A model generated the notes under the pieces. The model was given only the letters and a program-made list of their open reading frames with translations. It ran no database searches and was not told the DNA's origin. 64,000 bases of DNA from the NCBI GenBank assembly GCA_964016885.1, contig OZ024744.1, positions 128,588,001 to 128,652,000 of the forward strand. Reading direction: 5' to 3'. Of the stretch, positions 11,701 to 24,100 are shown piece after piece; within the stretch, counting starts at the first letter, position 1, and every line of letters starts with the position of its first letter. The position numbers and the translations under genes were made by a program. This stretch comes from Eledone cirrhosa (taxonomy: Eukaryota).

Positions 11701-14700
11701 GTTCAATTAAGTTGCGGGTAATTTAAGTTGGGGTTAAGTTAATTTGGGGGTACGTTAAGTTGGGGGTAAGTTAAGTTGGGGTTAAGTTAAGTTGGGGTTA
11801 AGTTAAGTCGTGGTTAATTTAAGTTGCGGTTAAGTTAAGTTGGGGTTAAGTTAAGTTGGGGTTAAGTTAAGTTGGGATTAAGTTAAGTTGGGGTTAAGTT
11901 AAGTTGGGGTTGAGTTAAGTTGGGGTTAAGTTAGATTATTGTTAATTTATTTTGGGGTTAAGTTAAGTTGGGGTTAAGTTAAGTTGGGGTTAATTTAAGT
12001 TGGGGTTAAGTTAAGTGGGGGTTAAGTTGAGTTGGGGTTAAGTTAAGTTGGGGTTAAGTTAAGTTGGGGTTAAGATAAGTTGGGGTTAAGTTAAGTTGGG
12101 GTTGAGTTAAGTTCGGGTTGAGTTAATTTGGGGTTAACTTAAGTTGGGGTTAACTTAAGTTGGGGTTAAGTTAAGTTGGGTTTATGTTAAGTTGGGGATA
12201 AGTTAAGTTGGGGTTAAGTTAAGTTGGGGTTCAATTAAGTTGCGGTTAATTTAAGTTGGGGTTAAGTTAAGTTGGGGTTAAGTTAAGTTGGGGTTAAGTT
12301 AAGTTGGGGTTAAATTAAGTTAGGGCTAAGTTAAGTTGAGGTTATGTTAAGTTGGTGTTAAGTTAAGTTGGGGTTAAGTTAAGTTGGGGTTTAAGTTAAG
12401 TTGGGGTTAAGTTAAGTTGGGGTTAAGTTAGGTTGGGGTCAAGTTATGTTGGGGGTAAGTTAAGTTGGGGGTAAGTTAAGTTGGGGGTAAGTTAAGTTGG
12501 GGGTGAGTTAAGTTGGTGGTAAGTTAAGTTGGGGGTAAGTTAAGATGGGGTTAAGTTAAGTTGGGGTTAATTTAATTTGGGGTTAAGTTAAGTTAGGGTT
12601 AAGTTAAGTTGGGGTTGAGTTAAGTTGGGGTTAAGTTAAGTTGGGGTTATGTTAAGTTGGGGATAAGTTAAGTTGGGGTTAAGTTAAGTTGGGGTTCAAT
12701 TAAGTTGCGGTTAATTTAAGTTGGGGTTAAGTTAAGTTCGGGTTAAGTTAAGTTGGTGTTAAGTTAAGTTGGGGTTAAGTTAAGTTGGGGTTAAGTTAAG
12801 TTGGGTTTAAGTTAAGTTGGGGCTAAGTTAAGTTAGGGCTAAGTTAAGTTGGGGTTAAGTAAAGTTAGGGCTAAGTTAAGTTGGGTTAAGTTAAGTTGGG
12901 GTTAATTTAACTTGGGGTTACATTAAGTTGAGGTTAAGTTAAGTTGGTGTTAAGTTAAGTTGGGGTTAATTTAAGTTGGGGTTAATTAAGTTGGGGTTAA
13001 TTTAAGTTGGGGTTAAGTTAAGTTGGGGTTAATTTCAGTTGGGGTTGAGTTAAGTTGGGGTTAAGTTTAGTTGGGGTTAATTTAAGTTGGGGTTGAGTTA
13101 AGTTGGGGTTAAGTTAAGTTGGGGTTAAGTTATGTTCGGGTTAAGTTAAGTTGCGGCTAAGTTAAGTTGGGTCTAAGTTAAGTTGGGGTTAAGTTAAGTT
13201 GGGGTTAAGTTAAGTGAGGGTTAATTTAAGTTGGGGTTATTTTAAGTTGGGGTTAAGTTAAGTTGGGGTTAAGTTAGGTTGGTGTTAAGTTAAGTTGGGG
13301 GTAAGTTAAGTTGGGGGTAAGTTAAGTTGGTGTTAAGTTAAGTTGGGTTTAAGTTAAGTTGGGGGTAAGTTAAGTTGGTGGTAAGTTAAGTTGGGGGTAA
13401 GTTAAGATGGGGTTAAGTTAAGTTGGGGTTGAGTTAAGTTGGGGCTAAGTTAAGTTGGGGTTTAGTTAAGTTGGGGTTAAGTTAAGGTGGGGTTAAGTTA
13501 AGTTGGGGTCAACTAAAGTTGGGGTTAAGTTAAGTTGGGGTTAACTTAAGTTGGGGTTAAATTAAGTTGGGGTTAAGTTAAGTTGGGGTTAAGTTAAGTT
13601 GGGGTTAAGTTAAGTTGCGGGTAATTTAAGTTGGGGTTAAGTTAAGTTGGGGTTAAGTTAAGTTGGGGGTAAGTTAAGTTGGGGGTAAGTTAAGTTGGGG
13701 TTAAGTTAAGTTAGGGTTAAGTTAAGTTGGGGTTGAGTTAAGTTGGGGTTAAGTTAAGTTGGGGTTATGTTAAGTTGGGGTTAAGTTAAGTTGGGGTTAA
13801 TTTAAGTTGGCGTTAAGTTAAGTTGCGGTTAAGTTAAGTTGGGGTTAAATTAAGTTGGGGTTAAGTTAAGTTGGGATTAAGTTAAGTTGGGGTTAAGTTA
13901 AGTTGGGGTTAAGTTAGATTGTTGTTAAGTTAAGTTGGGGTTAAGTTAAGTTGGGGTTAATTTAAGTTGGGGTTAATTTAAGTTGGGTCTAATTAAGTTG
14001 GGGTTAAGTTAAGTTGGGGTTAAGTTAAGTTGGGGTTAAGTTAAGTTGGGGTTAAGTTAAGTTGCGTTTACGTTAAGTTGGGGGTAAGTTAAGTTGGTGG
14101 TAAGTTAAGTTGGGGGTAAGTTAAGATGGGGTTAAGTTAAGTTGGGGTTAATTTAATTTGGGGTTAAGTTAAGTTAGGGTTAAGTTAAGTTGGGGTTGAG
14201 TTAAGTCGGGGTTCAGTTAAGTTGGGGTTATGTTAAGTTGGGGTTAAGTTAAGTTGGGGTTAAGTTAAGTTGGGGTTCAATTAAGTTGCGGGTAATTTAA
14301 GTTGGGGTTAAGTTAAGTTGGGGGTACGTTAAGTTGGGGGTAAGTTAAGTTGGGGTTAAGTTAAGTTGGGGTTAAGTTAAGTCGGGGTTAATTTAAGTTG
14401 CGGTTAAGTTAAGTTGGGGTTAAGTTAAGTTGGGGTTAAGTTAAGTTGGGATTAAGTTAAGTTGGGGTTAAGTTAAGTTGGGGTTGAGTTAAGTTGGGGT
14501 TAAGTTAGATTATTGTTAATTTATTTTGGGGTTAAGTTAAGTTGGGGTTAAGTTAAGTTGGGGTTAATTTAAGTTGGGGTTAAGTTAAGTGGGGGTTAAG
14601 TTGAGTTGGGGTTAAGTTAAGTTGGGGTTAAGTTAAGTTGGGGTTAAGATAAGTTGGGGTTAAGTTAAGTTGGGGTTGAGTTAAGTTCGGGTTGAGTTAA

Positions 14701-15109
14701 TTTGGGGTTAACTTAAGTTGGGGTTAACTTAAGTTGGGGTTAAGTTAAGTTGGGTTTATGTTAAGTTGGGGATAAGTTAAGTTGGGGTTAAGTTAAGTTG
14801 GGGTTCAATTAAGTTGCGGTTAATTTAAGTTGGGGTTAAGTTAAGTTGGGGTTAAGTTAAGTTGGGGTTAAGTTAAGTTGGGGGTAAGTTAAGTTGAGGG
14901 TAAGTCAAGTTGGGGTTAAGTCAAGTTGGGGTTAAGTTAAGTTGGGGTTAAGTTAAGTTGGGGTTGAGTTAAGTTGGGGTTGAGTTAAGTTGGGGTTAAG
15001 TTAAGTTGGGTGTAAGTTAAGTTGGGGTTAAGTTAAGTTGGGGTTAAGTTAAGTTGGGGTTAAGTTAAGTTGGGGGTAAGTTAAGTTGGGGGCAAGTTAA
15101 GTTGGGGTT

Positions 15110-18100
15110 AAGTTAAGTTGGGGTTAAGTTAAGTTGGGGTTAAGTTAAGTTGGGGTTAAGTTAAGTTGGGGTTAAGTTAATTTGGGGTTAAGTTAAGTTG
15201 GGGTTAAATTAAGTTGGGGGTAAGATAAGTTGGGGCTAAGTTAAGTTGGGGCTAAGTCAAGTTGGGGTTAAGTCAAGTTGAGGTTAACTTAAGTTGGGGT
15301 TAAGTTAAGTTGGGGTTAAGTTAAGTTGGGGTTAAGGTAAGGTGGGGTTAAGTTAAGTTGGGGTTAAGTTAAGTTGGGGTTAAGTTAAGTTGGGGTTAAG
15401 TTAAGTTAGGGTTAATTTCAGTTGGGGTTATGTTAAGTTGGGGTTAAGTTAAGTTGGGGTTAAGTTAAGTTGAGGTTAAGTTAAGTTGGAGTTAAGTTAA
15501 GTTGGGGTTAAGCTAAGTTGGGGTTAAGTTAATTTGCGGTTAAGTTAGGTTGTGGGTTAAGTTAAGTTGGGGTTAAGTTAAGCTGGGGTTAAGTTAGGGT
15601 AAGTTAAGTTGGGGTTAAGTTAAGTTGGGGTTAAGTTAGGTTGGGGTTAAGTTAAGTTGGGGTTAAGTTAAGTTGGGGTTGAGTTAAGTTGGGGTTGAGT
15701 TAAGTTGGGGTTAAGTTAAGTTGGGGTTAAGTTAAGTTGGGGTTAAGTTAAGTTGGGGTTAAGTTAAGTTGGGGTTAAGTTAAGTTGGGGGCAAGTTAAG
15801 TTGGGGTTAATTTAAGTTGAGGTTAAGTTAAGTTGGTGTTAAGTTAAGTTGGGGCTAAGTTAAGTTGGGGCTGAGTTAAGTTGGGGCTGAGTTAAGTTGC
15901 AGTTAAGTTAAGTTGGGGTTGAGTTAAGTTGCGGTTAAGTTAAGTTGGGGTTAAGTTAAGTTGGGGTTAAGTTAAGTTGGGGTTTATTTAAGTTGGGGTT
16001 CAGTTAATTTGGGGTTAAGTTAAGTTTGGGTTAAGTTGGGGTTAAATTAAGTTGGGGTTAAATTAAGTTGGGGTTAAGCTAATTTGGGGTTAAGTTAAGT
16101 TGGGGTTAATTTAAGTTGGGGTTAAGTTAAGTTGCGGGTAATTTAAGTCGGGGTTAAGTTAAGTTGGGGTTAAGTTAAGTTGGGGTTAAGTTAAGGTGGG
16201 GTTTAGTTAAGTTGGGGTTAAGTTAAGTTGGGGGTAAGTTAAGTTGGGGGTAAGTTAAGTTGGGGGTAAGTTAAGTTGGGGTTAAGTTAAGTCGGGGTTA
16301 AGTTAAGTTGGGGTTAAGTTAAGTTGGGGTTAATTTAAGTTGGGGTTAAGTTAAGTTGGGGGTAAGTTAAGTTGGGGGTAAGTTAAGTTAGGGTTAAGTT
16401 AAGTTGGGGTTGAGTTAAGTTGGGGTTAAGTTAAGTTGGGGTTATGTTAAGTTGGGGTTAAGTTAAGTTGGGGTTAAGTTAAGTTGGGGTTAAGTTAAGT
16501 TGCGGTTAAGTTAAGTTGGGGTTAAATTAAGTTGGGGTTAAGTTAAGTTGGGATTAAGTTAAGTTGGGGTTAAGTTAAGTTGGGGTTAAGTTAAGTTGGG
16601 GTTAAGTTAAGTTGGGGTTGAGTTAAGTTGGGGTTAAGTTAGATTATTGTTAATTTATTTTGGGGTTAAGTTAAGTTGGGGTTAAGTTAAGTTGGGGTTA
16701 ATTTAAGTTGGGGTTAAGTTAAGTGGGGGTTAAGTTGAGTTGGGGTTAAGTTAAGTTGGGGTTAAGTTAAGTTGGGGTTAAGATAAGTTGGGGTTAAGTT
16801 AAGTTGGGGTTGAGTTAAGTTCGGGTTGAGTTAATTTGGGGTTAACTTAAGTTGGGGTTAACTTAAGTTGGGGTTAAGTTAAGTTGGGTTTATGTTAAGT
16901 TGGGGATAAGTTAAGTTGGGGTTAAGTTAAGTTGGGGTTCAATTAAGTTGCGGTTAATTTAAGTTGGGGTTAAGTTAAGTTGGGGTTAAGTTAAGTTGGG
17001 GTTAAGTTAAGTTGGGGGTAAGTTAAGTTGAGGGTAAGTCAAGTTGGGGTTAAGTCAAGTTGGGGTTAAGTTAAGTTGGGGTTAAGTTAAGTTGGGGTTG
17101 AGTTAAGTTGGGGTTGAGTTAAGTTGGGGTTAAGTTAAGTTGGGTGTAAGTTAAGTTGGGGTTAAGTTAAGTTGGGGTTAAGTTAAGTTGGGGTTAAGTT
17201 AAGTTGGGGGTAAGTTAAGTTGGGGGCAAGTTAAGTTGGGGTTAAGTTAAGTTGGGGTTAAGTTAAGTTGGGGTTAAGTTAAGTTGGGGTTAAGTTAAGT
17301 TGGGGTTAAGTTAATTTGGGGTTAAGTTAAGTTGGGGTTAAATTAAGTTGGGGGTAAGATAAGTTGGGGCTAAGTTAAGTTGGGGCTAAGTCAAGTTGGG
17401 GTTAAGTCAAGTTGAGGTTAACTTAAGTTGGGGTTAAGTTAAGTTGGGGTTAAGTTAAGTTGGGGTTAAGGTAAGGTGGGGTTAAGTTAAGTTGGGGTTA
17501 AGTTAAGTTGGGGTTAAGTTAAGTTGGGGTTAAGTTAAGTTAGGGTTAATTTCAGTTGGGGTTATGTTAAGTTGGGGTTAAGTTAAGTTGGGGTTAAGTT
17601 AAGTTGAGGTTAAGTTAAGTTGGAGTTAAGTTAAGTTGGGGTTAAGCTAAGTTGGGGTTAAGTTAATTTGCGGTTAAGTTAGGTTGTGGGTTAAGTTAAG
17701 TTGGGGTTAAGTTAAGCTGGGGTTAAGTTAGGGTAAGTTAAGTTGGGGTTAAGTTAAGTTGGGGTTAAGTTAGGTTGGGGTTAAGTTAAGTTGGGGTTAA
17801 GTTAAGTTGGGGTTGAGTTAAGTTGGGGTTGAGTTAAGTTGGGGTTAAGTTAAGTTGGGGTTAAGTTAAGTTGGGGTTAAGTTAAGTTGGGGTTAAGTTA
17901 AGTTGGGGTTAAGTTAAGTTGGGGGCAAGTTAAGTTGGGGTTAATTTAAGTTGAGGTTAAGTTAAGTTGGTGTTAAGTTAAGTTGGGGCTAAGTTAAGTT
18001 GGGGCTGAGTTAAGTTGGGGCTGAGTTAAGTTGCAGTTAAGTTAAGTTGGGGTTGAGTTAAGTTGCGGTTAAGTTAAGTTGGGGTTAAGTTAAGTTGGGG

Positions 18101-21100
18101 TTAAGTTAAGTTGGGGTTTATTTAAGTTGGGGTTCAGTTAATTTGGGGTTAAGTTAAGTTTGGGTTAAGTTGGGGTTAAATTAAGTTGGGGTTAAATTAA
18201 GTTGGGGTTAAGCTAATTTGGGGTTAAGTTAAGTTGGGGTTAATTTAAGTTGGGGTTAAGTTAAGTTGCGGGTAATTTAAGTCGGGGTTAAGTTAAGTTG
18301 GGGTTAAGTTAAGTTGGGGTTAAGTTAAGGTGGGGTTTAGTTAAGTTGGGGTTAAGTTAAGTTGGGGGTAAGTTAAGTTGGGGGTAAGTTAAGTTGGGGG
18401 TAAGTTAAGTTGGGGTTAAGTTAAGTCGGGGTTAAGTTAAGTTGGGGTTAAGTTAAGTTGGGGTTAATTTAAGTTGGGGTTAAGTTAAGTTGGGGGTAAG
18501 TTAAGTTGGGGGTAAGTTAAGTTAGGGTTAAGTTAAGTTGGGGTTGAGTTAAGTTGGGGTTAAGTTAAGTTGGGGTTATGTTAAGTTGGGGTTAAGTTAA
18601 GTTGGGGTTAAGTTAAGTTGGGGTTAAGTTAAGTTGCGGTTAAGTTAAGTTGGGGTTAAATTAAGTTGGGGTTAAGTTAAGTTGGGATTAAGTTAAGTTG
18701 GGGTTAAGTTAAGTTGGGGTTAAGTTAAGTTGGGGTTAAGTTAGATTGTTGTTAAGTTAAGTTGGGGTTAAGTTAAGTTGGGGTTAAGTTAAGTTGGGGT
18801 TAATTTAAGTTGGGGTTAAGTTATGTCGGGGTTAAGTTGAGTTGGGGTTAAGTTAAGTTGGGGTTAAGTTAAGTTGGGGTTAAGTTAAGTTGGGGTTAAG
18901 ATAAGTTGGGGTTAAGTTAAGTTGGGGTTAAATTAAGTTCGGGTTAAGTTAATTTGGGGTTGACTTAAGTTGGGGTTAACTTAAGTTGGGATTAAGTTAA
19001 GTTGGGGTTAAGTTAAGTTGGGGTTAAATTAAGTTCGGGTTAAGTTAAGTTGGGGTTAAGTTAAGTTGGGGTTAAGTTAAGTTGGGGTTAAGTTAGGTTG
19101 GGGTTAAGTTAAGTTGGGGGTAAGTTAAGTTGGGGTTAAGTTAAGTTGGGGTTAAGTTAAGTTGGGGGTAAGTTAAGTTGGGGGTAAGTTAAGTTGGGGT
19201 TAATTTAAGTTGGGTCGAATTAAGTTGGTGTTAAGTTAAGTTGGGGTTAAGTTAAGTTGGGGTTAAGTTAAGTTGGGGTTAAGTTAAGATGGGGTTTAGT
19301 TAAGTTGGGGTTAAGTTATGTTGGGGTTACGTTAAGTTGGGGGTAAGTTAAGTTGGTGGTAAGTTAAGTTGGGGGTAAGTTAAGATGGGGTTAAATTAAG
19401 TTGGGGTTAAGTTAATTTGGGGTTGACTTAATTTGGGGTTGACTTAAGTTGGGGTTAACTTAAGTTGGGGTTAAGTTAAGATGGGGTTTAGTTAAGTTGG
19501 GGTTAAGTTAAGTTGGGGTTTAGTTAAGTTGGGGTTAAGTTAAGTTGGGGTTAAGTTAAGTTGGTGGTAAGTTAAGTTGGGGGTAAGTTAAGTTGGGGGT
19601 AAGTTAAGTTGGGGTTAATTTAAGTTGGGTCGAATTAAGTTGGTGTTAAGTTAAGTTGGGGTTAAGTTAAGTTGGGGTTAAGTTAAGTTGGGGTTAAGTT
19701 AAGTTGGGGGTAAGTTAAGTTGGGGTTAATTTAAGTTGGGTCGAATTAAGTTGGTGTTAAGTTAAGTTGGGGTTAAGTTAAGTTGGGGTTAAGTTAAGTT
19801 GGGGTTGAGTTAAGTCGGGGTTAAGTTAAGTTGGGGTTATGTTAAGTTGGGGTTAAGTTAAGTTGGGGTTAAGTTAAGTTGGGGTTCAATTAAGTTGCGG
19901 TTAATTTAAGTTGGGGTTAAGTTAAGTTGGGGTTAAGTTAAGTTGGGGTTAAGTTAAGTTGGGGTTAAATTAAGTTGGGGTTAAATTAAGTTGGGGTTAA
20001 GTTAAGTTGGGGTTATGTTAAGTTGGTGTTAAATTAAGTTGGGGTTAAGTTAAGTTGGGGTTAAGTTAAGTTGGGGTTAAGTTAGGTTGGTGTTAAGTTA
20101 AGTTGGGGGTAAGTTAAGTTGGGGGTAAGTTAAGTTGGTGTTAAGTTAAGTTGGGGTTAAGTTAAGTTGGGGTTAAGTTAAGTTGGGTTTAAGTTAAGTT
20201 GGGGCTAAGTTAAGTTAGGGCTAAGTTAAGTTGGGGTTAAGTAAAGTTAGGGCTAAGTTAAGTTGGGTTAAGTTAAGTTGGGGTTAATTTAACTTGGGGT
20301 TACATTAAGTTGAGGTTAAGTTAAGTTGGTGTTAAGTTAAGTTGGGGTTAATTTAAGTTGGGGTTAATTAAGTTGGGGTTAATTTAAGTTGGGGTTAAGT
20401 TAAGTTGGGGTTAATTTCAGTTGGGGTTGAGTTAAGTTGGGGTTAAGTTTAGTTGGGGTTAATTTAAGTTGGGGTTGAGTTAAGTTGGGGTTAAGTTAAG
20501 TTGGGGTTAAGTTATGTTCGGGTTAAGTTAAGTTGCGGCTAAGTTAAGTTGGGTCTAAGTTAAGTTGGGGTTAAGTTAAGTTGGGGTTAAGTTAAGTGAG
20601 GGTTAATTTAAGTTGGGGTTATTTTAAGTTGGGGTTAAGTTAAGTTGGGGTTAAGTTAGGTTGGTGTTAAGTTAAGTTGGGGGTAAGTTAAGTTGGGGGT
20701 AAGTTAAGTTGGTGTTAAGTTAAGTTGGGTTTAAGTTAAGTTGGGGCTAAGTTAAGTTAGGGCTAAGTTAAGTTGGGGCTGAGTTAAGTTGGGGTTAAGT
20801 TAAGTTGGGGTTGAGTTAAGTTGGGGCTAAGTTAAGTTGGGGTTTAGTTAAGTTGGGGTTAAGTTAAGGTGGGGTTAAGTTAAGTTGGGGTCAACTAAAG
20901 TTGGGGTTAAGTTAAGTTGGGGTTAACTTAAGTTGGGGTTAAATTAAGTTGGGGTTAAGTTAAGTTGGGGTTAAGTTAAGTTGGGGTTAAGTTAAGTTGC
21001 GGGTAATTTAAGTTGGGGTTAAGTTAAGTTGGGGTTAAGTTAAGTTGGGGGTAAGTTAAGTTGGGGGTAAGTTAAGTTGGGGTTAAGTTAAGTTAGGGTT

Positions 21101-24100
21101 AAGTTAAGTTGGGGTTGAGTTAAGTTGGGGTTAAGTTAAGTTGGGGTTATGTTAAGTTGGGGTTAAGTTAAGTTGGGGTTAATTTAAGTTGGGGTTAAGT
21201 TAAGTTGCGGTTAAGTTAAGTTGGGGTTAAATTAAGTTGGGGTTAAGTTAAGTTGGGATTAAGTTAAGTTGGGGTTAAGTTAAGTTGGGGTTAAGTTAGA
21301 TTGTTGTTAAGTTAAGTTGGGGTTAAGTTTAGTTGGGGTTAATTTAAGTTGGGGTTAATTTAAGTTGGGTCTAATTAAGTTGGGGTTAAGTTAAGTTGGG
21401 GTTAAGTTAAGTTGGGGTTAAGTTAAGTTGGGGTTAAGTTAAGTTGCGTTTACGTTAAGTTGGGGGTAAGTTAAGTTGGTGGTAAGTTAAGTTGGGGGTA
21501 AGTTAAGATGGGGTTAAGTTAAGTTGGGGTTAATTTAATTTGGGGTTAAGTTAAGTTAGGGTTAAGTTAAGTTGGGGTTGAGTTAAGTCGGGGTTCAGTT
21601 AAGTTGGGGTTAAGTTAAGTTGGGGTTAAGTTAAGTTGGGGTTAAGTTAAGTTGGGGTTAAGTTAAGTTGGGGTTAAGTTAATTTGGGGTTAAGTTAAGT
21701 TGGGGTTAAATTAAGTTGGGGGTAAGATAAGTTGGGGCTAAGTTAAGTTGGGGCTAAGTCAAGTTGGGGTTAAGTCAAGTTGAGGTTAACTTAAGTTGGG
21801 GTTAAGTTAAGTTGGGGTTAAGTTAAGTTGGGGTTAAGGTAAGGTGGGGTTAAGTTAAGTTGGGGTTAAGTTAAGTTGGGGTTAAGTTAAGTTGGGGTTA
21901 AGTTAAGTTAGGGTTAATTTCAGTTGGGGTTATGTTAAGTTGGGGTTAAGTTAAGTTGGGGTTAAGTTAAGTTGAGGTTAAGTTAAGTTGGAGTTAAGTT
22001 AAGTTGGGGTTAAGCTAAGTTGGGGTTAAGTTAATTTGCGGTTAAGTTAGGTTGTGGGTTAAGTTAAGTTGGGGTTAAGTTAAGCTGGGGTTAAGTTAGG
22101 GTAAGTTAAGTTGGGGTTAAGTTAAGTTGGGGTTAAGTTAGGTTGGGGTTAAGTTAAGTTGGGGTTAAGTTAAGTTGGGGTTGAGTTAAGTTGGGGTTGA
22201 GTTAAGTTGGGGTTAAGTTAAGTTGGGGTTAAGTTAAGTTGGGGTTAAGTTAAGTTGGGGTTAAGTTAAGTTGGGGTTAAGTTAAGTTGGGGGCAAGTTA
22301 AGTTGGGGTTAATTTAAGTTGAGGTTAAGTTAAGTTGGTGTTAAGTTAAGTTGGGGCTAAGTTAAGTTGGGGCTGAGTTAAGTTGGGGCTGAGTTAAGTT
22401 GCAGTTAAGTTAAGTTGGGGTTGAGTTAAGTTGCGGTTAAGTTAAGTTGGGGTTAAGTTAAGTTGGGGTTAAGTTAAGTTGGGGTTTATTTAAGTTGGGG
22501 TTCAGTTAATTTGGGGTTAAGTTAAGTTTGGGTTAAGTTGGGGTTAAATTAAGTTGGGGTTAAATTAAGTTGGGGTTAAGCTAATTTGGGGTTAAGTTAA
22601 GTTGGGGTTAATTTAAGTTGGGGTTAAGTTAAGTTGCGGGTAATTTAAGTCGGGGTTAAGTTAAGTTGGGGTTAAGTTAAGTTGGGGTTAAGTTAAGGTG
22701 GGGTTTAGTTAAGTTGGGGTTAAGTTAAGTTGGGGGTAAGTTAAGTTGGGGGTAAGTTAAGTTGGGGGTAAGTTAAGTTGGGGTTAAGTTAAGTCGGGGT
22801 TAAGTTAAGTTGGGGTTAAGTTAAGTTGGGGTTAATTTAAGTTGGGGTTAAGTTAAGTTGGGGGTAAGTTAAGTTGGGGGTAAGTTAAGTTAGGGTTAAG
22901 TTAAGTTGGGGTTGAGTTAAGTTGGGGTTAAGTTAAGTTGGGGTTATGTTAAGTTGGGGTTAAGTTAAGTTGGGGTTAAGTTAAGTTGGGGTTAAGTTAA
23001 GTTGCGGTTAAGTTAAGTTGGGGTTAAATTAAGTTGGGGTTAAGTTAAGTTGGGATTAAGTTAAGTTGGGGTTAAGTTAAGTTGGGGTTAAGTTAAGTTG
23101 GGGTTAAGTTAAGTTGGGGTTGAGTTAAGTTGGGGTTAAGTTAGATTATTGTTAATTTATTTTGGGGTTAAGTTAAGTTGGGGTTAAGTTAAGTTGGGGT
23201 TAATTTAAGTTGGGGTTAAGTTAAGTGGGGGTTAAGTTGAGTTGGGGTTAAGTTAAGTTGGGGTTAAGTTAAGTTGGGGTTAAGATAAGTTGGGGTTAAG
23301 TTAAGTTGGGGTTGAGTTAAGTTCGGGTTGAGTTAATTTGGGGTTAACTTAAGTTGGGGTTAACTTAAGTTGGGGTTAAGTTAAGTTGGGTTTATGTTAA
23401 GTTGGGGATAAGTTAAGTTGGGGTTAAGTTAAGTTGGGGTTCAATTAAGTTGCGGTTAATTTAAGTTGGGGTTAAGTTAAGTTGGGGTTAAGTTAAGTTG
23501 GGGTTAAGTTAAGTTGGGGGTAAGTTAAGTTGAGGGTAAGTCAAGTTGGGGTTAAGTCAAGTTGGGGTTAAGTTAAGTTGGGGTTAAGTTAAGTTGGGGT
23601 TGAGTTAAGTTGGGGTTGAGTTAAGTTGGGGTTAAGTTAAGTTGGGTGTAAGTTAAGTTGGGGTTAAGTTAAGTTGGGGTTAAGTTAAGTTGGGGTTAAG
23701 TTAAGTTGGGGGTAAGTTAAGTTGGGGGCAAGTTAAGTTGGGGTTAAGTTAAGTTGGGGTTAAGTTAAGTTGGGGTTAAGTTAAGTTGGGGTTAAGTTAA
23801 GTTGGGGTTAAGTTAATTTGGGGTTAAGTTAAGTTGGGGTTAAATTAAGTTGGGGGTAAGATAAGTTGGGGCTAAGTTAAGTTGGGGCTAAGTCAAGTTG
23901 GGGTTAAGTCAAGTTGAGGTTAACTTAAGTTGGGGTTAAGTTAAGTTGGGGTTAAGTTAAGTTGGGGTTAAGGTAAGGTGGGGTTAAGTTAAGTTGGGGT
24001 TAAGTTAAGTTGGGGTTAAGTTAAGTTGGGGTTAAGTTAAGTTAGGGTTAATTTCAGTTGGGGTTATGTTAAGTTGGGGTTAAGTTAAGTTGGGGTTAAG